Source: Paragordius varius
Taxonomy: Eukaryota > Animalia > Nematomorpha
Reading direction: 5' to 3'
Assembly: GCA_964247055.1 (NCBI GenBank)
Contig: OZ176052.1
Location: 11,780,001 to 11,844,000, forward strand
DNA length: 64,000 nucleotides
Shown piece by piece: positions 41,695 through 54,318 of this stretch. The notes under the pieces were generated by a model that searched no databases, was not told the DNA's origin, and was given only the letters and a program-made list of their open reading frames with translations. The translations under genes and the position numbers were made by a program. Position 1 is the stretch's first letter. Every line of letters starts with the position of its first letter.

Positions 41695-43019
41695 CTTCGG
41701 GTTACATTTTATCAGCAAAAATTTGATGTATTTTGATTATTATCAGCTGTTTTAATCGTGTTTGGGAGCTGTCCCAATTTTATACTTTAGAAGTCACATA
41801 ATTGAAAAAATATAAGCTTTTTTTATCCAATCCATGAAAATATTGTTTGATAATTAAATTTTAACCAAAATAAATAACTTTCAAAACAGTGGTTTATTTA
41901 CAAAATTGAATTCTGGAATATAAAACTACCCAAATATGTCATCGCGGACAAAAAGTGAAAAGGTTATGAAGTGTTAAACGACGTTTTCCCTATTAAAATA
42001 TGTTAAATTTAAAAGATAAATTTATATAATTTTGTATACGTTGCGCAAGCGGACAAATCATATCAAATTTTTTACTGTACAAATATTAAATTAACTGTGA
42101 AAGAAAATGGGTAAATATATAGTTGAGTTCCATGTTATGAAGTTATTTTTTGATACATGGAAATATCTATAGATATTTGTTTAGGTAAAATGAATGATCC
42201 GATCTATTTTAAACATGCGCTCTTATGCATATTTCTAATAAATCAACCATAATATCACTTCCATGTGAATTTATTTATTAAGTTTTTTGAGCTATAATTT
42301 TTTATAGCTATAATATTAAAAATAAAAATTAGATACTATAGCTCTACAGCTAGCCTGATTAAAAATCCCGTAAATATTTTTTAAATGTTATATTAGCCAT
42401 ATATACACTTCGTTTTGGGTTAATGAGATTATTTATAAATTAAAGCCATATTTATCGATATAATTTTTTATTTAAATTAAAATATTGCGTGTTCCAAAAA
42501 ATGATACTGATAATCTCTTAATTTATTCGTAAGAAAGATATTGTTATTAAAATTTAATGAACGCTTAATATAATTATTTCTTTGTTTTCATCAAACAGAA
42601 TCATTGGTTTGTCGGAGCTTTTACCATTTCGACCATTATTATCGTATTTATAATGAAAATTTATGAGAAGCTAAAGCGTTAGGCCACAGAAAACATTAAA
42701 TTTACCGTCCTACTTCCTTTGTCCTAATTTCATCTCTTTATTAATATATATTTTATTGTTTTGGAATTGGTTTTAAGTTTTAAGTCCTCACACATTTTAT
42801 TGTTAAAATATTTATAGCGAATTTTGCCCATGAATAAAACATAAGTTTGGTTTGATCGCGTTTTATTTTCAAGACCTGACCGTTATTGTCAATTTTAATA
42901 TTACAAAAAAATAATGTTGCAAAAAATACATCTAATTTAAAATTTAGTTAGCGAGTAACATATAAAAATTGTTTCCATTCCGAAATTTCATTTCATCTTG
43001 AAACGATAATAACCTGAGA

Positions 43020-43170
43020 CCTAATTTAAAAACCGGGAAAGTGCATTATGATCAGTATATCCTAATTATGTTTTGGGCGCTGTTTATTTCAAAAAAGCTT
43101 ATTCTAAAAAAGGTGGGTCCTTATAGAGGGCGTCTGCACTCATATAACTCCTAAATATTACCAATCTATT
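43020..43170 (-). mobile_element. Possible LINE (CR1/L2-like) RT thumb remnant
   Basis: The minus strand reads *YLGVI*VQTPSIRTHL, similar to KYLGVIFDxKLSFxxHI. This is a single motif only. Confidence 0.25.
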
Positions 43171-45433
43171 GACAGATTAGACTATCTAATCTTCTGAAAA
43201 GCCAAAGCCAAAATTTTATAAAATTGAATCATAAAAATGGGTAAAAAGTTATTTTATATCAGTAACAAACAACATTAAATAACGACTAGTTAGTGCTCGT
43301 AAATAACTTATCCAACAAGACATGTATATGGAAGAATTTTGCGAAAACTCTAATTTACAATGGTGTTAGAATATGACTTCATTAATAATTAATATTTTTC
43401 TAAAAACACTGATTCAGCTTGCACACATTATTGTGGCAATAATGTAGAGAATAATTACGATTGTTTCTACTGTCTTTTTTAGAAATTTATCTGCAAAATT
43501 TTGTCCTACACCAAAGAGAGAAAGGGGAAAACGACTACTTTTTTTAAAAAAATAGCTGCTCAAAATTAATTCATATCATAGTAGTAGGCGCGCACACATT
43601 AGAGAAAGTAACGGTTGTAAGCCACATTTTTTAATCTTTTGATTTTTTTCATTAAGGAAACGAGCCTTTTTCTTCTGCAAAAATAAATTAAAGGATTGTA
43701 TGTATTGTGATGAAAACAAACACACATATTTTAAAAATGCCAGCCAGCTTATATAATCTAGGTGCGCGGATTGGTTGAAAAAGAATGGATGACCATGTAT
43801 TGTGTTGGATAACCAGAGAATTTTTTTCTATAAAATATTGGTAGCTAGCTAAGTATGGATTATACCTATTTGTTTGTTTGTTAGACACTGGGTATTTGGC
43901 CTAGATTATAAATTATTAAGTAGCATAGCGTTATTACAAAGTATGTGTGGAGATTAATTGTAGATTCCATGTTTCACAGCATATATTCGTTAAATTTTAT
44001 TGTAGCAAAATTTTTTTCGCTATTTTACCTTTTGATGAAAGAGTATGAGTGACTTCATTTTATTTCTCGTTTACTGCCATTTTTTGGAGTGTGTGTGTGT
44101 CCAATTAATAATTTTTTGCCTTTCAAAGCTTTTATCCAATATAAGTTAGTAAGTTGGCTGACATGCCATCATTGCAAAAATATTATTTAGCTAAAATCAA
44201 ACGCAGCAGCACTACAGCAAAAATAATTGTGACCTTTTCCCGTTTTTATTGATATACACATTTCAATCCATTTGTCATTTTTTGCATTTTCGATAAATAT
44301 AGTGTGTTAATGAATATATAGAGAGATAAAAACTGTATACCACCACATACTAACGTAATTTCTTTTTTTATTAAACTTCCGTTTCGGACCGTTATTATAC
44401 TACCTTTTAAGTTTTTTTGAAAATGCCTTTTTTGTACCAGTTCAATGAATTTTGGCGAAATTAAAACATTGTTCTTTTTATTTATTTTATTTAGATTTAT
44501 ACAGGGTAGCTTGCTATTAGAGTTTGACTTGGTCAAAAAATTCCCTTTTTTCTTTATCCTAATATTTTTGCATTAACAACCACATTTTATTTCCTAGTTT
44601 TTTTTTCGCAGAAGCAAAATTAATTCTTGTCTCAATATTAAAAAAATACCATTATCATTCAGAAAAATTCATCTTGAATGATAAAGTGACTTGCAGATAT
44701 ATACCTTATATATATGCATGATTTTGCCTTTTATCTTTTCAAAACTTTGTCCACACACACACACTGTGTTTGATTTTAGATTATAGAATGAAACTTTATA
44801 TCCTATGTGTGCCTTATTTTTCCCAAATTTTCAGATTGTTGGATAAAACAATTTTATGGTGTTGACAAAATCATTATCATATATTTTTATGTTCGTAAAT
44901 TTTACATTATATATATATATATATATAATCCGATTTTTATCATCATATTCCGTATATTTCATGAATATTCCATAATTTATGTTTCATAATTATAAAACCT
45001 TTACTACGAATTATTTAGATTCATCAAACGACAACACACGATATTATTAAAATCCTATAAATCCTTCTAACATGGGCTGTAATATGAAATTTATACTACT
45101 ATTAGCAATCGCTTGTTTTACATTATCGAACGTGTCATCAAAAGAGTTTGACAAACAAGAAGTTGGAACAATTAACCCAAGTATATTATATAAATTTTAT
45201 ATGTACTAATATCGTACAAAGAAGTTATCTACATCATCTATCCGCTTCCTCGTTCAAAATAACCAAAAAATTACAAAATGAATCTCATTAGCACATCATT
45301 AGTCGCAGTATAGAGAGTATCTTTAAGGCAAGCTAAATATGTCTTTAAAACTTTTCATACATTTTCTACTCTAAAATTCATCTTATTTACTTATAATGTT
45401 TTCTTGGAATATACCGCACTCCGTACTTAAAAA

Positions 45434-45435
<2 letters not shown>

Positions 45436-45481
<46 letters not shown>
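45436..45481. repeat. (TA)n microsatellite; others at ~9990-10030, 11720-11742, 19079-19106, 20297-20322, 20623-20652, 26445-26478, 27759-27785, 44908-44927, 54287-54315
   Basis: Read directly from the sequence. Confidence 0.95.
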
Positions 45482-45486
<5 letters not shown>

Positions 45487-46987
45487 AGAGCAAGTATCAT
45501 TAAAATCTAAAAAATCAACCTAATATTTTACCTGAATAAATATATTTCGGAAAAATAATATTTCATTATTTTAAAGTGCTTTTCTTAAGTGACCATTTTT
45601 ATTATTTTATAATTGAAAGTAAAGTATTATTACTAAACGAGGTAATAAAAATAATAATGTAATATCCTTAGTTTAGATTTGAGAAAATGTGTGTTTTTGC
45701 AAAATATTAAAGAAACTTTCGGATGATATGATATATTTATGTTTCTATATTATTTGCACTTTGTCTTGCAAAATCTGATTGCCGATTTAGTTGTCTTTAC
45801 GCTAAATTTTGTTTTTTTCTAAACAAGGACTTGACATTTTGATTATAAATTTTTTGGGAACGCAATAAAGTTATCAAATAGTCTTTGGAAAGTTTGGTGA
45901 TTAATACGAACTAATCTGCCCAACAATATGGAGGTTTAGAAAATTAAAATAATTTTCACTTACTTTAACTGTATGTTTCGGTTACATTATGTTGCAGTAA
46001 TCCGTTAATTTATCATGCAATACCATTTTTTATAATATTTTTGTAGACTAGTGTATTTCTTATTAAATATATATAGAAGATTAATATTTCAGTGCTTAAA
46101 AGTTACACATACATACACAGTCAGTTCATAATACCTAAATTAATGGTATTTTTTCTTCCATATATTTATTTAGACCATTCATGTTTCATAAATCATTTTG
46201 CGTTTATCATCATCACAAAATAATTTAATACTCATAATAAGGACAACACAACCATTCTCATGTTTCATAACAGTTAACTCCTCCTTTTATATTTATCAAT
46301 CAACACTTGTTTTGCGCGCACACGTATAAAAACAAAAATATAATGAATTAAATTTCATCACTACTCTTTTTAGCAGCAACTATAAACTATTTTGATATCT
46401 GATGCTCAAATTTATAATTTTAATAAATTAACTCTGAATTTTTGTATAAGATAAAAGGATCTGGGAATGGTAGTGAAATTTTCCAAAAGGCATGAAAATA
46501 TAAATAAATTGGCTGTATAAATTTAAAGAGTAACCGACTAGAAACAATTTAAATTAAATATGGATTGAAAAGGGAATACATTAATTAAATTTCTTTGGAT
46601 AAGGAATATTTAGGTAATTGTATAAAAAGTATTTAAAATATGACATTATATATTGGGTTAGGTACGCTATTTTGAGTTAAACCACACAACATAAATTAGT
46701 CTTTACAAAAATATTTCATCTTTAAGCGTATTTGCAGTAGGTATGAGCTTTTCTTAGGGAAAACTGAACCTGAAGAGCTAAATTGACTTTTTTGGAACCA
46801 ACTAAAACTGGCAATTACAGTATCACATTATGACTTTAAGGCCATTTTAAATATATAAATTAAAAAAATCTTCATCAAACTTTTTGACTCCTTTTTTCGT
46901 TGTAATAGTTTAAACTGGCAAAGAAAAATATATTATGGCTAAAAAATAGAAATTTTTGAAACGCTTGTGTTTGCATTTTATCAATAA

Positions 46988-47163
46988 ATATACAGTTTAG
47001 AGTCTCCTTTTTACTATTATATTAAAGGGTAAGGACTTAAATTGTATCCGGACATGTGAAGTTTTTATCACTCCCTGCCCAGGGCTGACAGTGCGGGGTT
47101 CAAACTCTGGTACGCAGTGTAAGAGTCCGGCGCCCTACCTATTATACCATCACGCCTTTTTAA
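46988..47163 (-). mobile_element. tRNA-derived SINE, 176 bp, with 17 bp target-site duplication
   Basis: The minus-strand head GGCGTGATGGTATAATAGGTAGGGCGCCGGACTCTTACACTGCGTACCAGAGTTTGAACCCCG has A-box-like (TGGTATAATAGG) and B-box-like (AGTTTGAACCC) motifs. An exact direct repeat TTGCATTTTATCAATAA flanks it at 46971-46987 and 47164-47180. Confidence 0.7.
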
Positions 47164-49093
47164 TTGCATTTTATCAATAATTCTCGATATTTGATTATAA
47201 AATCAACTGTTCGGTTAATATAGATTGGGTGGTATTAGGGGTGTGAAACTTAAAACCTCAAAAAATATAGGTTTTTTATTATACTAATGTTTAAATCTTA
47301 GTTTAGCAAAAACTTCTTTTATATTTTATTTTTATAGATTTAAGCTCTAAGATTTTATATAACTCTATATGTATCTGTTATTTATACATGTGAAAAGGTA
47401 ATGAAGTGCAATAAATATTATTCTCCCTAAATTGTATCGATTACCAAACATATGACCTGTATGCAAATCTTAAGTACATATTATTTACCTAATTATTAAT
47501 TTTATTAGTTAATTTCCAATCTTATTGTTTAATTGTCTTGTTATGAATATGAATGATTGTGGCAGCACCTTATTTTTGTCTGTTTCATTTAAATATATTC
47601 ATATAATTATTTAGATTTTAGACTGCATTATAATTCTAGAATTCTTTTATTCTTCAAATAAAGCAAAATAATATTGTAAGACCTTTTGTTTCCGTTTAAT
47701 AAACAATTTTAGTTTTCCATTTTAGCCTTTAATTATTTTCGCAATACAACAACAAGAGCTATTATCGGCCATTTCGGTTTTCTAATGGCTCAAAGGAATT
47801 TAAATTTACATTTAATGGCTTTGTATGAAATTTTAAATCTGATATTTTTAAATAATAAGAATTCCATAATTTTTTTATTATGGGGTTGAAATATCAGTTT
47901 GGTAAAAAGCCTAGTTTTTGGATACAGACTTCTTTTTTGTTGTATTAAAAACATGTGACCCGTTCAATAGAGATGGAAAAAAAATTATAATATTTACAGC
48001 ATACTGATTTAAATTTTAGTTTCAAAAAAAGCTTCATAATTTAAAATTCATTTTGATTATTTTTTAAAGTATATATATATTTTTATATTTCTTTATATCA
48101 AATAGAGAGAGAGTTTATCACATGTTTTTTATACAAAATGTTTAGTAACCAGCATGTGATAAGCGCTTTTATCCCAAACTTATGATATTTTAACATTCAT
48201 GATTTTTAAAATCAAAACTAATTTTTACAAGATTGTTTGAGACACTTTTGATTTTATAAAACTGTTTTGGACGCTTTATATCAATATCTAAGTTTATTGA
48301 TGCACAAACTTATAAATATTACCATTTACTATTAATTTATAAATAGTCATTTTACATTTAAAAATTTATAATAAAAATTTTCCCAAAAAGCAGGTTACTT
48401 AAAATGATTATTTTATTATCCTCTCATACCCAACATGACTCTAAAATTATTTTGGTTATAAAGCTGGAACTCTTCACGAAATTATTAAATTTAGAAGAAA
48501 TAAATTTTAACCACAAAATTTGGCAAACTATTGATATAAAAATATAAACAAATATAAAATGATGAAAAACTATAATGTTGAGACCTTATCGTGTAAGGTC
48601 AAAACTCCTTTCATAATCATTTTTATCGAAATTCATAATAATTATTTCACCTTTTACATTTTCGGCTTTTAGCACTTAAAGTTTTTTTGTAGATGTTTTT
48701 ACCTTTTTCTTATAAATATTTTTGACTAAGTGTAAAACCTTTTTGATATATGTCAGGCATTTCTAATTACTAAGCCTCAAAAGATCAAAGTATTAAATTT
48801 GTTTTGGTAGAGGTAGAAAGTATTCCCTATATTCTTAAATTTGGCTTAAACAAAATGCAAACAGTTAAAAAACTAACATTTAACTAGCGTCAATGATTTT
48901 TGGGTGTACAAATATATGAAGGGAGCTAAATATAAATTTAAATTATATTTTATTGTTAATTACAATATTTTTACTACTATGTTGCTTTAACGAATTCAAA
49001 TCTTTTATCTGCTGGCAAAATGTTCAAAGGGATTTTTTGATTTTTCATAAATTTTTTGAAAGATGCCCTAAGTTGAGTGTGCTTGTTTTAGCT

Positions 49094-49519
49094 CAGGGAT
49101 GTCCAACACCCTCGGTACGCAAAAGTGCACTAAAAAATGTTAAAAAAATAAAAAAATGGATTTCATGCGATTATTTAGACCAGGAGCGTCCAACACAATT
49201 GGCTTCACGGGCCGCATTCTCAAAATATATGGACATTAACAAATATTTATTAGATTTTGAATATAATACTGTATATTTATTTTAACATTTTTTTCTAGTT
49301 ACGAGATTCAAAGACCAGAAAGTTTGTTTAACAAAATCAATTTTACTTTAATTTCGTAAAAATTTGTAATTGAAATATCTCGTGGTCCGCAGATATATTT
49401 TGGAGTGTCACGTGTTTAACACGGATTTAGAATACTTCATCCGAAATTGGGCTCAAAAAATATAAAAAAACTAAAAATTATTAAAGCAGCCGCGAAGATA
49501 TTTGAGTTGGACTCCCCTG
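49094..49519. mobile_element. hAT/Charlie-like non-autonomous DNA transposon with two candidate left ends
   Basis: CAGGGATGTCCAAC (49094) and CAGGAGCGTCCAAC (49181, followed by ttggcttcacgggccgca) both pair with the right end GTTGGACTCCCCTG (to 49519). TAGCT directly flanks both outer ends. Confidence 0.6.
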
Positions 49520-49874
49520 TAGCTTATTATTTAATCTTTCGTGTAGACGATCGCATTTTGAGGGTAGTTTTGTACACTAGATTTCAAACTTTTTTTGTTT
49601 GAATTTTTATCTAATATAGTGTACTAGATAAAAAAATTTCATATTTTAACAGTTTTAATTTTTAGATTAATAATAATTTGCAAAACCTGATTGAAATGAA
49701 AACTTGCTAACATATAATTTGTAAGTTTTCTAAAGTTAGTTCACATTTATTAACCATAACATAAATTTGACGGTTGTATTAGTGATAAAAAATCAGATAT
49801 GGATTTTTTTACAATCTATATTTTTTTAAATAAATCTTGAATGCAAAACGCTAAGATATGCATATTTTTATTGC

Positions 49875-49876
<2 letters not shown>

Positions 49877-49943
<67 letters not shown>
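49877..49943. repeat. Longest (TA)n microsatellite in the window
   Basis: Read directly from the sequence. Confidence 0.95.
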
Positions 49944-49947
<4 letters not shown>

Positions 49948-51693
49948 GATATATGAATTATAGCTATAGGGTTCAAAACACCTAAAAAGTATGTAGTTAG
50001 TAAATAGATATTTTTATTTTATTTAAATTCCACTCGGCTAAAAAACTGCCCCAAAAGGTAATGAAGTTAACCAAACACCATTATTTCGTATGTTATATCA
50101 CAAGATTAATATTTAACATTATTTACTGGGGTTTTTATGAGTCATTCTAGGGCTCTAACCCCTGACTTTTTAGTATAATTGTCTAAAAATATGGGAATAT
50201 TATCAAAATAAATTTGTTTAAGGAATTTTTCTTCTCTTAAAGTATTTTAGTATAATGTACTAAAATGTTTTGAGTGGGAATATATCCTCTTAAATTACTA
50301 AAACATCTGACACATTTATCTTAATTATATTATGAGATTTATTCCCTAATTTTGCTTGCTGTATTAAATCATGAATATTTAAATATTTAAGGACCATTGT
50401 CTCCATCTTGCCTATTCAACTGTTCATATGTTTTAATTAGCACTCTACTCATATATAATATATATTTTGATTACTCATTTTATTTGGACCAAAATATTTT
50501 AGGCATTAAGTTTATTATAATTCAAATATATTTTTAAATCTTGGGTGATTTATGGTACGTGAGATAAAATTAATTAAAAAGTTTTTAATATAGGATAATA
50601 GTGACATCAAATTTAGAGATTTTAGTTAAAACTTATTGCAGATACTTTGTTAATTAAATTAATGAAACATGTACCTCCAATAGTTTTCCTGTCAAGAAAG
50701 TTAAACGTTACATGATTTATGTTTGACCAAAATATCATATCATATAATAATGATAATTTAATTTTCGTTTTCTTCATTACCTGGTTGAAGTGATATAACT
50801 AACATTGTTGCTATTATTAAATATTTCTTGGAAATTAAAAAATTTTTTCCACACATTTTATTTTAAAAATTTTGTAATTATTGTTCATTGTCTTGGCTCT
50901 TTATTTTGTATAAGTTTTTAAAAATATTTTTGACATTTTTAATCTAATAAAAAACATTTTTTTATTGTGTAAAAAAAGGAAAAATCTGTGTTAATGTTAC
51001 CTTTTTTAATTAAATATGCTCAAAAATATTATGTTGTATAGGATCTATTCAATTTCAGTGGTGCATCAACCAAAAATTTGCATAAATATTTTATAAAAAT
51101 TATTTAAAGCCATTTACATTCCCATCTTCATCAATAACACTAAATAAAAAAATTGATAGTCAAATTATTTTACTAAAGTTATTGGAAAACTTTTTATTAA
51201 CCAAAAATGTTTATTATTTTTTTGTTAGGTTTATCATAAATCTTTCCAAATAATATATTTTAAGAATTTTTGTCATAAAATATATAAATAAATATATAAT
51301 TGGTTTTCGGTTTATTAGTAACCAAAAATCTCCATTTATACAGAAAATTAACATTTAATAAAGTCGCTTCCACAGATCATAGACTTAAAATATATCAAGA
51401 AATTTTCAATATTTTTCCATTTCTGCTCTTGTAAAAACATTTAATTTGTACTCTCCAGGTCCGGATTTACTATCAATTTTTATTTGTAAACTACATATAA
51501 ATATTCATACATTTTTAAATACAAAACAATTTTACGATAAATACATTCATTGACTTTAGTTAGGAACACATCTACCCTTTTAATCTTTTTTCGTGTCATT
51601 TGAATATTAATGAAAAATTTTGATTTTATTTCAGTCAGTCAGTCAGTAAATTATTAAGCTTAGGAGCTTAAAATTCTTTATAAATGATTATAC

Positions 51694-54282
51694 ATGGTTT
51701 TAATCTTATCCCATCTATTCAATTTTCACCTTGTTTGTACTGTACTTGTGAGTTTGCCTTTAGATCTGTCTATGTCTGCTAATGAGATTCTTGGTAATGT
51801 AGAACGGAGACACGCTGCATCACACATCTACTTCGATTTAAATGATCTCATTTTAAAGGATGAGACTGTTAATGCCAGTCTCCTCACACCACCATATACT
51901 AATGTTACAAACCCAAGTAAACAAAATCCCAAAAAAACCAAATTAAACGCCTCTAAAGACGTATTTAATGGCATTTTTTCCACTGTTTCACCCATTCCTA
52001 CAACATTAGCATACAATAATTTGTATCATCGTTATACACATAAAATCTATGATTTTCTTCGTGGATCATTCAATGATTTGTCTACTTTATCACCTACTTT
52101 TTATTATGAAGACGAAAATGTTAATTTGTTTTATTCCTATCGCGACTTTGATTGGGACGAGTCGTTAAGAAGAAAAAATTATAAGCATCAAATTAATTAT
52201 TATAATTATCCCATTTATCCCAATAATTATAGCTATGAGGATATCGATGATTACACTATGCAACATTGTAAGTCCATTTTATGAAAAAAAATGATTCAAA
52301 AATGCAAACCCTATTAAAATGCGTTACTACCACAAAGCACCAACCATACACATCCACATTTTTATCATTTGCTTTTTATTTCTTAATTGCAATTAAAAAA
52401 CTGAAATGTTAATTTATTTTATGCATTTTTTGTGTATATAGTTGGGCCGTTCTTTCTCGATCAAATGAGTAGCGTAACTGTAATGGAACAGAGTCAAGCC
52501 TTGTTTTTTTGTGAGGTGATGGCTAACCCTTATCCCACGTTTCGATGGACCATAAATGGTATGGAAATTCAAGAGAGGCAACGAAGGTTTATACATACTT
52601 GGTTAGAGTATTTATATATTATTGATTTCAATAAATACTCCATCATGACTCACAATGTAGGTGTAGTTAACGACCTATAAAATATTTTATGTCCATTTAT
52701 TATTAGTAATAATTAATAAATAATCAATAATGTTAGCTTAGGCTTGCTGTGTAACATTGGTCATTAGAATGTATTCATAACAGAAAGCATTAAAGAGTAT
52801 ATGATAAAGTCATTCAGAATATAAAAACAAACACACATAAATAATATCTATAATTCATGAGTACAAATCACAATACCAGAAGCTTAATAGTTTTATCATA
52901 CCATAAAGATGTGCCCATATATTTTTTAAATTATTATAGATAATTGTGGTTTTATATTAATTAAATTTAATAATAACCGATATTAGAAATATTAAATGTA
53001 AAATTCTTTCCATTTGCTCTTTGCATAAATATTGTAAGAAAATCGCTCTATGTACGAAACAGATTTCACATTTTACAAATGGAAAAGGGACGTATAGGAT
53101 CTATTTTAAAGATCGCACCTGTTATAAATAAAGACAACGGATCTCTGATTGAATGTTCAGTTACGGACCCACATAGTAAAGATAATACGATTACAACTCA
53201 AGCAAAACTTATAATTCTTTCCGGTAATTATATTTATTCAAATATATATTACATAGATGTATAATTAATTGAGTCCATTTGGCATAGACCGGTAAAAATA
53301 TGTGAGATTCTTCATTTTAAAATTCACAATATCAATTAAATTATGTTGTTATAATGAATATATAGATAATGAAGTTCCATCAGGCTTTCCCCACATAACA
53401 CACGAGCCCCGACGAAAAGTTGTGGAGTTTAAAACTCCGTTTACACTTTCGTGTGAAGCAAAGGGTGAACCTCGTCCCTACATTACGTGGCTTAAGGATT
53501 ATGCACCTATACCCTTTAATACACCACCTGCTGGCTACAGCGATGAAAATAATGATATCATTCATTGGAATAACAGTTTTAATAATGATGATGCTCAACA
53601 ACACATATCAAACCGTTGGAATCGCTATAAATTAATGAGGAATGGTAGGATTAATTGCATATATATCTAGTCTATATTGATTTTTTATTTTATGGTCAAA
53701 TTATCTGTATATAAGATAATAAATATAGGCGTGTTTTTAAATGTTATAGGTAATTTTTGATTAAAATTGTTAAACCTTTTTTAACATAGATCGCAATCGT
53801 ATAAACATGACAATAAAAGTAAATTCACCATTTTGTATGACAGTACGGGTTTTATTTATTTGGCATCCCATTTGTTTCTTATTATTTACACCGTTGATCT
53901 CAAATACCGTAATTAAATTATCATTTTCTCTAGGGTTGCTATTAGTTGAAAACTCCGATTTTTCGGATGAAGGGGAGTATCAATGTATGGCTACAAACAT
54001 ACATGGGTCAGTTTACAGTAAATCGGTGGCAAAAATTGGTGTACGAGGTATATTTAAACACTTAATATTAAAGCAATACCACATTTTTTTCCATTTAAAT
54101 TTTTATTATTTTAATTGCACAAGGAAAATATTATATATTCAGTTTTCTAATTACAATAGAAGTTCAGCTTATTGAAAGTTTAGGGTGGATTAAAAAGTTT
54201 TCATACCATAATATTCATTATAATAAATCGTATCACGCCGACAATTGTATTTCTTTTTTTTTAAAAAAATGAATGTTTTTAA

Positions 54283-54318
<36 letters not shown>

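Noticed and set aside
44246-44536. 96 aa minus-strand ORF (MTKSNSNSKLPC...)
   Set aside because: It has the composition of AT-rich non-coding DNA, no family motifs and no supporting exons.
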